64,000 bases of DNA from Escherichia coli. GTDB taxonomy: Bacteria > Pseudomonadota > Gammaproteobacteria > Enterobacterales > Enterobacteriaceae. Shown piece after piece: positions 23,087 through 33,625 of the stretch. The position numbers were made by a program, and so were the translations under genes. Where the stretch lies: NCBI RefSeq assembly GCF_003334785.1, contig NZ_QOWV01000001.1, one strand, 5' to 3'. How positions within the stretch are numbered: position 1 is the first letter of the stretch; each line of letters begins with the position of its first letter. The notes beneath the pieces were generated by a model. That model was not told the origin of the DNA and ran no database searches. It saw only the letters and a list, made by a program, of their open reading frames with translations.

Positions 23087-23353
23087 ATGCGAGCAGCGTT
23101 TTGGGTAGGGTGTGCCGCTTTATTGTTGTCGGCGTGTAGTAGTGAACCTGTTCAGCAGGCGACTGCCGCGCACGTAGCGCCAGGTTTAAAAGCGTCGATG
23201 TCCAGTAGTGGAGAAGCAAATTGTGCAATGATCGGCGGTTCGCTTTCTGTTGCCCGTCAACTGGATGGTACGGCGATTGGGATGTGTGCATTACCCAACG
23301 GCAAACGCTGTAGCGAACAGTCACTTGCCGCCGGGAGCTGTGGCAGCTATTAA
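23087..23353 (+). CDS. ydbJ: Small lipoprotein YdbJ (DUF333)
   Basis: 88-aa ORF with lipobox LSAC. Confidence 0.8.
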   Translation: MRAAFWVGCAALLLSACSSEPVQQATAAHVAPGLKASMSSSGEANCAMIGGSLSVARQLDGTAIGMCALPNGKRCSEQSLAAGSCGSY

Positions 23354-23772
23354 TTCATTAAATCCGCCAGCTTATAAGTTAATGTCTGTTTTGCGGTCGC
23401 CAGCGTTAACTGGTTCGCGGTCAGATCCACTTGTGCACCTTCTTTCAGCATTTCGCTAATGGTGTTATCGAGTTCATTAAGCTGCGGGTTAGCGCACATC
23501 ATACGGGTCATTGCCAGCCCTTTGGCTGTCAGTTCACCATTAGACAGTTTGCCTTCACCGCTAAAGCGGTTACACATGCTGCCGGAAATCATCATTTTTT
23601 CACCAAAGCTGATTTCTGGCGGATTTTTATCGCTGGTCACGGGCTTACCGTTTACGCTTTCCAGCACAAAGCGATGATGCTGTAGCTGTTCTGGCGTAAC
23701 AGCAATTTTGTCATTACTTACACATCCCGCCATCAGCAGGCTTAGCGCAACAAACGCGGCTACTTTCTTCAT
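23350..23772 (-). CDS. hslJ: Heat-inducible lipoprotein HslJ (META domain)
   Basis: ORF 23350..23784; start at MKKVAAFVALSLLMAGC (lipobox), 140 aa. Confidence 0.85.
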   Translation of the reverse strand: MKKVAAFVALSLLMAGCVSNDKIAVTPEQLQHHRFVLESVNGKPVTSDKNPPEISFGEKMMISGSMCNRFSGEGKLSNGELTAKGLAMTRMMCANPQLNELDNTISEMLKEGAQVDLTANQLTLATAKQTLTYKLADLMN

Positions 23773-23882
23773 TGTGGTTCTCAATTACAGTTTCTGACTC
23801 AGGACTATTTTAAGAATAGAGGATGAAAGGTCATTGGGGATTATCTGAATCAGCTCCCCTGGAATGCAGGGGAGCGGCAAGA

Positions 23883-24872
23883 TTAAACCAGTTCGTTCGG
23901 GCAGGTTTCGCCTTTTTCCAGATTGCTTAAGTTTTGCAGCGTAGTCTGAGAAATACTGGTCAGAGCTTCTGCTGTCAGGAATGCCTGGTGCCCGGTAAAC
24001 AGCACGTTGTGGCAGGCAGACAGGCGACGGAATACGTCATCCTGGATCACGTCGTTGGATTTATCTTCAAAGAATAGATCGCGTTCGTTCTCATACACGT
24101 CCATACCCAACGAACCAATTTTCTGATTTTTCAGCGCTTCAATTGCTGCCTGAGAATCAATCAATGCACCGCGACTGGTATTGACGATCATCACGCCATT
24201 TTTCATCTGTTCGAAGGCGGCTTCGTTCAACAGATGATAGTTTTCCGGTGTCAGCGGGCAGTGCAGAGAGATAACGTCTGATTCAGAGAACAGGGTTGGC
24301 AGATCGACATACTCCACACCGAGTTCCAGCGCCGCTGCACTTGGATACGGATCGAATGCCAGCAGACGCATACCAAAACCTTTCAGAATGCGCAGCATCG
24401 CCACACCGATTTTACCGGTACCGATAACGCCTGCCGTTTTGCCATACATAGTAAAGCCGGTCAGACCTTCCAGAGAGAAGTTAGCATCACGGGTACGCTG
24501 ATACGCGCGGTGAATACGGCGGTTCAGCGTCATCATCATACCGATGGCGTGTTCAGCAACGGCCTCTGGATCATAGGCTGGAACACGGACTACTTTCAGC
24601 CCCAGTTCTTTTGCCGCGTCAAGGTCGACGTTATTGAAACCGGCACAGCGCAGGGCGATATATTTAACGCCGTGCTTTTTCAGCTCTTCCAGCACCGGGC
24701 GGCTGCCGTCATCGTTTACGAAAATACATACCGCTTCGCAGCCATTGGCAGTTTTAGCGGTTTTTTCCGTCAGCAGAAAGTCAAAAAATTCCAGCTCAAA
24801 GCCAAAGGACTCGTTCACCTGTTGCAGGTACTTCTTGTCGTACTGTTTTGTGCTATAAACGGCGAGTTTCAT
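23883..24872 (-). CDS. ldhA: Fermentative D-lactate dehydrogenase (NAD-dependent 2-hydroxyacid dehydrogenase)
   Basis: 329-aa ORF with NAD-binding GxGxxG (GVIGTGKIG). Confidence 0.95.
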   Translation of the reverse strand: MKLAVYSTKQYDKKYLQQVNESFGFELEFFDFLLTEKTAKTANGCEAVCIFVNDDGSRPVLEELKKHGVKYIALRCAGFNNVDLDAAKELGLKVVRVPAYDPEAVAEHAIGMMMTLNRRIHRAYQRTRDANFSLEGLTGFTMYGKTAGVIGTGKIGVAMLRILKGFGMRLLAFDPYPSAAALELGVEYVDLPTLFSESDVISLHCPLTPENYHLLNEAAFEQMKNGVMIVNTSRGALIDSQAAIEALKNQKIGSLGMDVYENERDLFFEDKSNDVIQDDVFRRLSACHNVLFTGHQAFLTAEALTSISQTTLQNLSNLEKGETCPNELV

Positions 24873-25079
24873 AAGACTTTCTCCAGTGATGTTGAATCAC
24901 ATTTAAGCTACTAAAAATATTTTACAAAATTTCAAATTTAATTGAAAGCTATGGCGATATTGAAAAATTCATCAACAACTATGCTTAGTGTAGGCGCAAC
25001 CTTCAACTGAACGGTTAAACATGCCACAATACCCGTATTGAATGCTTAATTTTTCGCTAAATCAGGATATTAACTACCC

Positions 25080-27719
25080 ATGCTGGGTAAATATAAAGCC
25101 GTTCTCGCGCTGTTATTACTGATTATTCTTGTGCCGTTGACGCTGCTGATGACGCTCGGGCTGTGGGTTCCCACGCTGGCGGGCATCTGGCTACCGCTCG
25201 GGACACGTATTGCATTAGATGAAAGCCCACGCATTACGCGTAAAGGTTTAATCATTCCCGATCTCCGTTATCTGGTGGGAGATTGTCAGCTTGCGCATAT
25301 CACCAACGCCAGCCTTTCACATCCCAGCCGCTGGTTATTGAACGTCGGCACGGTAGAACTTGATTCTGCTTGTCTGGCGAAATTGCCGCAGACGGAGCAA
25401 TCGCCAGCCGCTCCAAAAACACTCGCGCAGTGGCAGGCCATGCTGCCTAACACCTGGATCAATATCGATAAACTGATTTTTTCTCCCTGGCAGGAATGGC
25501 AGGGAAAACTCTCTCTCGCATTAACCTCTGATATCCAGCAACTGCGTTATCAGGGCGAAAAAGTTAAATTTCAAGGCCAGCTGAAAGGGCAACAACTTAC
25601 AGTCAGCGAACTGGATGTCGTCGCGTTTGAAAATCAGCCGCCGGTAAAACTGGTGGGGGAATTTGCTATGCCGCTCGTGCCGGATGGACTTCCTGTAAGT
25701 GGGCATGCTACTGCGACGTTAAACTTGCCGCAGGAACCGTCACTGGTGGATGCCGAGCTGGACTGGCAGGAAAATAGCGGGCAATTGATCGTGCTGGCAC
25801 GGGATAACGGCGATCCGTTGCTCGATTTGCCGTGGCAAATTACTCGTCAACAATTGACCGTAAGCGATGGTCGCTGGAGCTGGCCGTATGCAGGTTTTCC
25901 TTTGAGTGGCCGACTGGGTGTCAAAGTCGACAACTGGCAGGCAGGGCTTGAGAACGCTCTGGTCAGCGGACGACTGAGTGTGCTGACCCAGGGGCAAGCG
26001 GGTAAGGGCAACGCGGTGCTTAATTTTGGCCCAGGAAAATTAAGCATGGATAACAGTCAGCTGCCTCTGCAGCTGACCGGTGAAGCGAAACAGGCGGACC
26101 TCATTTTATATGCCCGTTTACCTGCGCAGCTAAGTGGAAGTCTGTCTGACCCAACGCTGACCTTTGAGCCAGGCGCGTTACTTCGTTCAAAGGGAAGAGT
26201 CATCGATTCGCTGGACATCGATGAAATCCGCTGGCCTTTAGCGGGTGTAAAAGTCACCCAACGTGGTGTTGACGGACGTTTGCAGGCCATCTTGCAGGCG
26301 CATGAAAATGAACTGGGCGATTTCGTGCTGCATATGGATGGGCTGGCGAATGATTTTCTCCCTGACGCTGGCCGCTGGCAGTGGCGCTACTGGGGAAAAG
26401 GGAGTTTTACACCGATGAATGCCACCTGGGATGTCGCAGGAAAAGGTGAGTGGCATGACAGCACGATTACGCTGACCGATCTCTCCACCGGTTTCGACCA
26501 GTTACAATACGGTACGATGACGGTAGAAAAGCCGCGATTAATTCTCGACAAGCCCATCGTCTGGGTACGTGACGCACAGCATCCCTCCTTTAGCGGCGCG
26601 CTGTCACTGGACGCCGGGCAAACGCTGTTCACTGGCGGCAGTGTGTTACCGCCATCAACCTTAAAATTTAGCGTCGATGGGCGCGATCCTACCTATTTCC
26701 TCTTTAAAGGCGATTTACATGCTGGTGAGATTGGCCCGGTTCGGGTAAATGGTCGCTGGGACGGTATTCGTCTGCGCGGTAACGCCTGGTGGCCTAAACA
26801 ATCACTGACCGTATTCCAGCCGCTGGTGCCACCCGACTGGAAGATGAACTTACGCGATGGTGAACTGTATGCTCAGGTTGCATTTTCTGCTGCGCCTGAA
26901 CAAGGATTCCGCGCGGGAGGACACGGCGTGTTGAAAGGCGGTAGTGCCTGGATGCCAGATAATCAGGTTAACGGTGTCGATTTTGTCCTGCCTTTCCGTT
27001 TTGCCGATGGAGCCTGGCATCTGGGGACTCGCGGCCCCGTTACGTTGCGAATTGCCGAAGTGATTAATCTGGTGACAGCGAAAAATATTACGGCTGATTT
27101 GCAAGGGCGTTATCCGTGGACTGAAGAAGAACCCTTGCTGTTGACTGATGTTAGCGTCGATGTGTTAGGCGGTAACGTACTGATGAAACAATTACGTATG
27201 CCGCAACATGACCCGGCGCTGTTGCGGCTGAATAATCTCTCATCCAGCGAACTGGTTAGCGCCGTCAATCCGAAACAATTCGCCATGTCCGGGGCATTTA
27301 GTGGTGCACTGCCGTTATGGCTGAACAATGAAAAATGGATTGTGAAAGATGGCTGGCTGGCGAATAGCGGGCCGATGACATTGCGACTGGATAAAGACAC
27401 TGCGGATGCGGTGGTAAAAGACAATATGACTGCGGGTTCAGCAATTAACTGGTTGCGCTATATGGAAATTAGCCGTTCATCGACAAAAATTAATTTAGAT
27501 AATCTCGGTTTATTAACCATGCAGGCCAACATTACAGGTACCAGTCGCGTTGATGGTAAAAGCGGTACGGTAAACCTTAATTACCATCATGAAGAGAATA
27601 TTTTTACGCTGTGGCGCAGTTTACGCTTTGGCGATAATCTCCAGGCATGGCTGGAGCAGAACGCACGTCTGCCGGGAAATGACTGTCCGCAAGGAAAAGA
27701 GTGTGAGGAAAAACAATGA
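25080..27719 (+). CDS. ydbH: AsmA-like/TamB-like large envelope protein YdbH
   Basis: 879-aa ORF with N-terminal membrane anchor then long beta-rich periplasmic region; first gene of ydbH-ynbE-ydbL. Confidence 0.9.
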   Translation: MLGKYKAVLALLLLIILVPLTLLMTLGLWVPTLAGIWLPLGTRIALDESPRITRKGLIIPDLRYLVGDCQLAHITNASLSHPSRWLLNVGTVELDSACLAKLPQTEQSPAAPKTLAQWQAMLPNTWINIDKLIFSPWQEWQGKLSLALTSDIQQLRYQGEKVKFQGQLKGQQLTVSELDVVAFENQPPVKLVGEFAMPLVPDGLPVSGHATATLNLPQEPSLVDAELDWQENSGQLIVLARDNGDPLLDLPWQITRQQLTVSDGRWSWPYAGFPLSGRLGVKVDNWQAGLENALVSGRLSVLTQGQAGKGNAVLNFGPGKLSMDNSQLPLQLTGEAKQADLILYARLPAQLSGSLSDPTLTFEPGALLRSKGRVIDSLDIDEIRWPLAGVKVTQRGVDGRLQAILQAHENELGDFVLHMDGLANDFLPDAGRWQWRYWGKGSFTPMNATWDVAGKGEWHDSTITLTDLSTGFDQLQYGTMTVEKPRLILDKPIVWVRDAQHPSFSGALSLDAGQTLFTGGSVLPPSTLKFSVDGRDPTYFLFKGDLHAGEIGPVRVNGRWDGIRLRGNAWWPKQSLTVFQPLVPPDWKMNLRDGELYAQVAFSAAPEQGFRAGGHGVLKGGSAWMPDNQVNGVDFVLPFRFADGAWHLGTRGPVTLRIAEVINLVTAKNITADLQGRYPWTEEEPLLLTDVSVDVLGGNVLMKQLRMPQHDPALLRLNNLSSSELVSAVNPKQFAMSGAFSGALPLWLNNEKWIVKDGWLANSGPMTLRLDKDTADAVVKDNMTAGSAINWLRYMEISRSSTKINLDNLGLLTMQANITGTSRVDGKSGTVNLNYHHEENIFTLWRSLRFGDNLQAWLEQNARLPGNDCPQGKECEEKQ

Positions 27720-27901
27720 AAATTTTACTGGCTGCGTTGACGTCATCTTTTATGCTGGTTGGCTGTACGCCTCGCATTGAAGTCGCTGCACCTAAGGAAC
27801 CGATCACTATCAATATGAACGTTAAAATTAAGCATGAGATCATCATCAAGGCAGACAAAGATGTCGAAGAGCTGCTTGAAACTCGTAGCGATCTTTTCTG
27901 A
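27716..27901 (+). CDS. ynbE: Small lipoprotein YnbE
   Basis: 61-aa ORF, lipobox LVGC, start overlaps ydbH stop. Confidence 0.8.
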   Translation: MKILLAALTSSFMLVGCTPRIEVAAPKEPITINMNVKIKHEIIIKADKDVEELLETRSDLF

Positions 27902-27905
27902 GGTG

Positions 27906-28235
27906 ATGATGAAGAAAACATTACTTCTTTGTGCGTTTCTTGTTGGGCTGGTAAGCAGCAATGTAATGGCATTGACTCTGGATGAAGCCAGAACTCAGGG
28001 GCGGGTAGGTGAAACATTTTACGGTTATCTGGTTGCGCTGAAAACGGATGCTGAAACAGAGAAATTAGTAGCCGACATTAATGCCGAACGTAAAGCGAGT
28101 TACCAACAACTGGCAAAGCAAAATAATGTGTCGGTAGATGATATCGCGAAACTCGCCGGGCAAAAGCTCGTAGCTCGGGCCAAACCGGGGGAATATGTAC
28201 AAGGGATAAACGGTAAATGGGTGCGAAAATTTTAA
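27906..28235 (+). CDS. ydbL: Periplasmic protein YdbL (DUF1318)
   Basis: ORF 27834..28235; start placed at MMKKTLLLCAFLVGL (signal peptide) just after the ynbE stop. Confidence 0.8.
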   Translation: MMKKTLLLCAFLVGLVSSNVMALTLDEARTQGRVGETFYGYLVALKTDAETEKLVADINAERKASYQQLAKQNNVSVDDIAKLAGQKLVARAKPGEYVQGINGKWVRKF

Positions 28236-28370
28236 TAGCAAAACCGCAATATCGGGATAACGCTACAGGAGAAGGCGATTGATCTATTTTCCTGAAACAA
28301 GGTGAATATTCAAAAACTCCTGTCAAATTGCCTTTTGCCCTGAAAAATGCATAGTCAAATATCTGTTTTA

Positions 28371-28407
28371 ACTAATTGGCGTTGCAGTACATGCAACGCC
28401 AATTAGT
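28371..28407. terminator. 13-bp perfect-stem hairpin between convergent ydbL and feaR
   Basis: AATTGGCGTTGCA-gtaca-TGCAACGCCAATT; no clear U-tract, so either a terminator or REP-like structure. Confidence 0.4.
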
Positions 28408-29312
28408 TAGCGGAATTTACGTCGATACTCGCCTGGCGTCATCCCAAAGCGTTGCTTAAATACCGTTGAAAAATGACTCTGGTCAGAAAATCCCCAATGA
28501 AAGCCGATGCCTGCCAGTTTTTCATCATCTGCGGCATGGCGAATCGCATCTGCACAAAAATCGAGACGACGGTTACGAATATATTGCGCGACTACCAAAC
28601 CTTTATCGGCAAACATTCGGTACAAACTACGTACTGACATACCTGTCTCTCCGGCTATCCACTCCGGGCGTAATATCTCTTCGCGAATATTATCGTCTAT
28701 CAACGTAACCACTTTTTGAAACTGACGTTCACGACGAGGTTGAACAGATTCCCGCTGATGAAGTACCGGGCGCAGCAGACACACCATCGCCTGTAGCGCA
28801 GCTTCACTTTCTGTTTCAGAAAGTGCCGGATTATTCATGCTCTCCTGTAACAGGCGATGACTGAGTTGCACCATGGGTAAGTCAGCGTCCAGTCTTTCTG
28901 CGCAGACAGGTTTTTGATGGGGAAAATATTGTTCCAGCAGAGTGCGTGGCAAAAGTAATGAAATCTGTTTAGAAGACTCCTGCCAGTAAAGCGAACAGGG
29001 GCGTGAGGCATCGAGTAACGTAATATCGCCAGCGCCAATCTGCACCTGACGCTCATCCTGCTCCATTATTGCCTGACCACTAAGCTGAAAAACGGTGTAA
29101 AACCAGGCATCGTCGCTGCCTTTTACTTCCTGCCAGGTGCGGGATAAATTCACCCCGCTGGTTGTCACGGTACTCAGCTTTAGTCCTTTGGCAAAATGCG
29201 TGTCCAGTACACCCGTGTAACGCTCAGTCAGCAGGCGTCCGGTAAAATTTCCGCATACCTGATTGATTTGGGAAAGCCATTGCTGAAACTCATTATCCAC
29301 TGCGGGGTTCAT
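28407..29312 (-). CDS. feaR: AraC-family activator FeaR (phenylethylamine/phenylacetaldehyde catabolism)
   Basis: 301-aa ORF with C-terminal AraC-type HTH; divergent from feaB. Confidence 0.9.
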   Translation of the reverse strand: MNPAVDNEFQQWLSQINQVCGNFTGRLLTERYTGVLDTHFAKGLKLSTVTTSGVNLSRTWQEVKGSDDAWFYTVFQLSGQAIMEQDERQVQIGAGDITLLDASRPCSLYWQESSKQISLLLPRTLLEQYFPHQKPVCAERLDADLPMVQLSHRLLQESMNNPALSETESEAALQAMVCLLRPVLHQRESVQPRRERQFQKVVTLIDDNIREEILRPEWIAGETGMSVRSLYRMFADKGLVVAQYIRNRRLDFCADAIRHAADDEKLAGIGFHWGFSDQSHFSTVFKQRFGMTPGEYRRKFR

Positions 29313-29431
29313 GGCACGTTTTCGCTCTGTGAAATGTATTTTTATTGTTGCATTTGTGTTGCAATAAACGAAGCTAATGAGCCTGACTATAGGAAATAAG
29401 TCTTGTCAGGCATAGAGACATAAGCGGTTAT

Positions 29432-29477
29432 TGTCACGATTTGCGGAGCTTGTCACAGCTGACAAAGCGAATGTCAC
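29432..29477. promoter_or_regulatory. Three direct TGTCAC repeats spaced about 20 bp in the feaR-feaB divergent promoter region (candidate FeaR sites)
   Basis: TGTCAC at 29432, 29451, 29472; spacing of about two helical turns is typical of AraC-family direct-repeat sites. Confidence 0.35.
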
Positions 29478-29547
29478 AGCGAAAAAAGTGACTTTTCTTG
29501 TCGCTGCGTACACTGAAATCACACTGGGTAAATAATAAGGAAAAGTG

Positions 29548-31047
29548 ATGACAGAGCCGCATGTAGCAGTATTAAGCCAGGTCCAACAGTTTCTCGATCG
29601 TCAACACGGTCTTTATATTGATGGTCGTCCTGGCCCCGCACAAAGTGAAAAACGGTTGGCGATCTTTGATCCGGCCACCGGGCAAGAAATTGCGTCTACT
29701 GCTGATGCCAACGAAGCGGATGTAGATAACGCAGTCATGTCTGCCTGGCGGGCCTTTGTCTCGCGTCGCTGGGCCGGGCGATTACCCGCAGAGCGTGAAC
29801 GTATTCTGCTACGTTTTGCTGATCTGGTGGAGCAGCACAGTGAGGAGCTGGCGCAACTGGAAACCCTGGAGCAAGGCAAGTCAATTGCCATTTCCCGTGC
29901 TTTTGAAGTGGGCTGTACGCTGAACTGGATGCGTTATACCGCCGGGTTAACGACCAAAATCGCGGGTAAAACGCTGGACTTGTCGATTCCCTTACCCCAG
30001 GGGGCGCGTTATCAGGCCTGGACGCGTAAAGAGCCGGTTGGCGTAGTGGCGGGAATTGTGCCATGGAACTTTCCGTTGATGATTGGTATGTGGAAGGTGA
30101 TGCCAGCACTGGCAGCAGGCTGTTCAATCGTGATTAAGCCTTCGGAAACCACGCCACTGACGATGTTGCGCGTGGCGGAACTGGCCAGCGAGGCTGGTAT
30201 CCCTGATGGCGTTTTTAATGTCGTCACCGGGTCAGGTGCTGTATGCGGCGCGGCCCTGACGTCACATCCTCATGTTGCGAAAATCAGTTTTACCGGTTCA
30301 ACCGCGACGGGAAAAGGTATTGCCAGAACTGCTGCTGATCACTTAACGCGTGTAACGCTGGAACTGGGCGGTAAAAACCCGGCAATTGTATTAAAAGATG
30401 CTGATCCGCAATGGGTTATTGAAGGCTTGATGACCGGAAGCTTCCTGAATCAAGGGCAAGTATGCGCCGCCAGTTCGCGAATTTATATTGAAGCGCCGTT
30501 GTTTGACACGCTGGTTAGTGGATTTGAGCAGGCGGTAAAATCGTTGCAAGTGGGACCGGGGATGTCACCTGTTGCACAGATTAACCCTTTGGTTTCTCGT
30601 GCGCACTGCGACAAAGTGTGTTCATTCCTCGACGATGCGCAGGCACAGCAAGCAGAGCTGATTCGCGGGTCGAATGGACCAGCCGGAGAGGGGTATTATG
30701 TTGCGCCAACGCTGGTGGTAAATCCCGATGCTAAATTGCGCTTAACTCGTGAAGAGGTGTTTGGTCCGGTGGTAAACCTGGTGCGAGTAGCGGATGGAGA
30801 AGAGGCGTTACAACTGGCAAACGACACGGAATATGGCTTAACTGCCAGTGTCTGGACGCAAAATCTCTCCCAGGCTCTGGAATATAGCGATCGCTTACAG
30901 GCAGGGACGGTGTGGGTAAACAGCCATACCTTAATTGACGCTAACTTACCGTTTGGTGGGATGAAGCAGTCAGGAACGGGCCGTGATTTTGGCCCCGACT
31001 GGCTGGACGGTTGGTGTGAAACTAAGTCGGTGTGTGTACGGTATTAA
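29548..31047 (+). CDS. feaB: Phenylacetaldehyde dehydrogenase FeaB
   Basis: ORF 29545..31047; ALDH-family catalytic Cys region ([10 protein letters not shown]) and ELGGK motif; AAGGA Shine-Dalgarno before ATG 29548. Confidence 0.9.
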
Positions 31048-31064
31048 TCTGGTTCGCTCATAAG

Positions 31065-31094
31065 TAAAAAACGGCACCTGGTGCCGTTTTTTTG
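31065..31094. terminator. Bidirectional intrinsic terminator between convergent feaB and tynA
   Basis: A6-ACGGCAC-ctg-GTGCCGT-T7. Confidence 0.75.
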
Positions 31095-31104
31095 TCTGAA
31101 ACAA

Positions 31105-33378
31105 TCACTTATCTTTCTTCAGCGCCCCTAGCGTTGGCGTTTCGTCAAAGAAGTTCCATGGTTTCAGCAGAGTATGTACCCATTCGGTCGGCATAATCGG
31201 CCACTCTTCGGCGCGGGCCACATGTGTGGTGCCGGTGGTCATCCAGACAACGGCGTCGGTGTTGTCCAGCGACTCGTTATCCTTACTGTATTGTCCAAGA
31301 CCGGTGTCATGAGTAGAACGGTTCGGATATTTGCCTTCCGGGAAACGCTCGCCAGGATGATAACGCGTTACCCAGAGCTGCTTGTCCATAAAGCTTAAAC
31401 GATGATAGATCCACTCGTCCGGCGCGAACTGGGCACCTTTTGCTACCGGGTGAGTACCACCTGCATAAGGAATAATTTGATAGGAAACCGGATTGCCCAT
31501 GCGGTTCTCTTTGTTCGGGTTACTCAACAGACGAATCGTGCCCGGATCAAATTTCTGTGCGGCATCCTGTTCATTGCCGATGTTGTACTGATTAACTTGC
31601 ATGGTACTGGTGCGTGGGCCACCGGCAGTATTCGGTTTTACCACTGGGTCCATCGCCACCAGGCTGTTATTCTCGCCATCTACATCCAGATCGAGGCGGA
31701 AATTATAAATATGTTGGTGTGTAGTACCCACGATATTGTGATCGATAAGCGTGCCGTAGCGCGTGTCATCTTTCGCCGTCTCATCGTGCATGGTTTTCGC
31801 TTTAACACCTTTCACCGCTTCGATGCCCGTAGCACCGGCATCGATGCCAATAGTGCCGTTTTCATGGAAGATCCAGTCAAAAATGTAGTCATAGTTACCC
31901 ACTGTACTGATCCAGCGCACCACTAACTCCCGGCGTTCGGTACTGACGTTGGGCTGGCCCATTTCCTGATGCTTATACTCCGGCCCGGCATAACGTTCAA
32001 ATACCGCGATAGCGCGAGGGATCTCCATCGGCACGCCAGTGTAGTCGGCGATGGTTTCATTAAGGAGCACTGCGTTAGACGGGGCATCTTTACCACGAGC
32101 AATTGGTGAGGTTAGCGTGCCCATACCGTAGTCACCAGAGTCCAGATACGCTTTAAAGTACCAGCCAATATCAGGATCACCGTAAGGCACAATCATGCCG
32201 CCGAGAGAACCTTCGTACATGACTTTGCGTTTGGTGCCATTGTCGTTATAAGTCACGGTGGAGATCATCGGCCCGACGCGAGAGTTCATGCTGAGGTGAA
32301 AATCCCAGTTCCGCCAGTGAATCATATCGCCAGTAATGGTGTAATTTTTACCTTCAGGCTCAATGATTTGCATAGGCTTAACTGCCGGAGCAACGCGGTC
32401 ACGGCCATCAAATGGGCGTGCGGTCATTGGCACCGGAACTACCGGACCTTCTTCAATCTTAACGATTTTTTTCTGTTCTAAATCAACGACCGCCACCAGG
32501 TTTTCGATGGGATGTGCCCAGTAGTTGCCATCACCGACATCAAGATAGCTGATGACTTTGAGCAACCGGGCATCTTGTTTCAGGCCATCTTTACCATCGA
32601 AATAACCTACGGTCAGCGGCGTGGTAATCACTTTTTTCGCATCAGTAATACCGCGTTTCTTCACGGCAGCGGCAAATTCTTCACTGTTGTTAATAATGTT
32701 CTGCACACTGGCGAAATCATCCAGCAACACCATACCGTGGGCGTCTTTAATGGGTTGCCAGGAGAGCAGTTTGTTGTTTTGCAGATCCACCACCGCTTCG
32801 ATGATATGTTTGCCGTCGAGCATAATGACGTCGGCTTTGCGCGGCTGGTCAACCGGTTTGTTTTCCAGCGCAAACGCCCAGACAGCTTCTTTATCTGGCG
32901 GTAGCAGGGAGATCTCAGTAAAACGGGTATTGGGTTTGAAGTCCGCGGAAGCTTTAACAATTTCAACGGCCTGTTTAATTTCGTCCGCAGTTAGCGCATT
33001 AAGTGGGTGAGGGCGCTTTTCTACCTGAAAGGTTTGATCCAGCCCGGACTGGAAAACATCGTTAATAAAGGTGTCAGAAACCCAGGCTTTATTGTCTTTC
33101 ATCACTACCGGTACTTGCAGTGCCAGAGGCTGACCATTAACAATTGCTGTTTGCGCACCAGGCTTCACTTTCACGTACGCGCCATCTTTAATCAGGGTAA
33201 AGAGCTGGGCGTAGTCGTCCCACTGCACATCGGCACCAAATTCTTTAAGCGTTTTATCCATTGGCACCATATGCGCTTCACCACCGTGGGCAAATACCGG
33301 CGCTTGCCAGGCGAAACTTAAGGCGACTGCCAACGCCAGGGTTGTTTTACGGGCAGAATACAGAGAGGGGCTTCCCAT
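31105..33378 (-). CDS. tynA: Periplasmic copper/topaquinone primary amine oxidase TynA
   Basis: ORF 31105..33414; start at MGSPSLYSARKTTLALAVALSFAWQAPVFA (signal peptide), 757 aa. Confidence 0.9.
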   Translation of the reverse strand: MGSPSLYSARKTTLALAVALSFAWQAPVFAHGGEAHMVPMDKTLKEFGADVQWDDYAQLFTLIKDGAYVKVKPGAQTAIVNGQPLALQVPVVMKDNKAWVSDTFINDVFQSGLDQTFQVEKRPHPLNALTADEIKQAVEIVKASADFKPNTRFTEISLLPPDKEAVWAFALENKPVDQPRKADVIMLDGKHIIEAVVDLQNNKLLSWQPIKDAHGMVLLDDFASVQNIINNSEEFAAAVKKRGITDAKKVITTPLTVGYFDGKDGLKQDARLLKVISYLDVGDGNYWAHPIENLVAVVDLEQKKIVKIEEGPVVPVPMTARPFDGRDRVAPAVKPMQIIEPEGKNYTITGDMIHWRNWDFHLSMNSRVGPMISTVTYNDNGTKRKVMYEGSLGGMIVPYGDPDIGWYFKAYLDSGDYGMGTLTSPIARGKDAPSNAVLLNETIADYTGVPMEIPRAIAVFERYAGPEYKHQEMGQPNVSTERRELVVRWISTVGNYDYIFDWIFHENGTIGIDAGATGIEAVKGVKAKTMHDETAKDDTRYGTLIDHNIVGTTHQHIYNFRLDLDVDGENNSLVAMDPVVKPNTAGGPRTSTMQVNQYNIGNEQDAAQKFDPGTIRLLSNPNKENRMGNPVSYQIIPYAGGTHPVAKGAQFAPDEWIYHRLSFMDKQLWVTRYHPGERFPEGKYPNRSTHDTGLGQYSKDNESLDNTDAVVWMTTGTTHVARAEEWPIMPTEWVHTLLKPWNFFDETPTLGALKKDK

Positions 33379-33625
33379 TATTAACCTCGTCAGATGTTGT
33401 GTTCTTGTTAGCAACCGCGCTCTGTGGGCGGTTTAGTCAGGTTCACATTATCAGTACTGATGCAAAGGGGATTGCCTGCACCTGCCAGGTTGTTTGGCAG
33501 GTGTGCCAGCTTTTCATACAGTGGATGCCCTGAAAATAGATGTACACATCATGCATAATGTGACAACGTCACAAAACTTAGTGAAATAAAAGGGCAACTA
33601 TTCGCCGTTGCCCTTCATTCACCGA

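Noticed and set aside
23852-23875. Hairpin GCTCCCCTG-N5-CAGGGGAGC just downstream of ldhA as an intrinsic terminator
   Set aside because: Strong stem but no U-tract on either strand; could be REP-like or a Rho-dependent site; not enough to call
28078-28326. 82-aa minus-strand ORF spanning the ydbL 3' end and the ydbL-feaR spacer
   Set aside because: Antisense to ydbL for most of its length, no Shine-Dalgarno sequence, and it would run into the convergent hairpin; judged spurious
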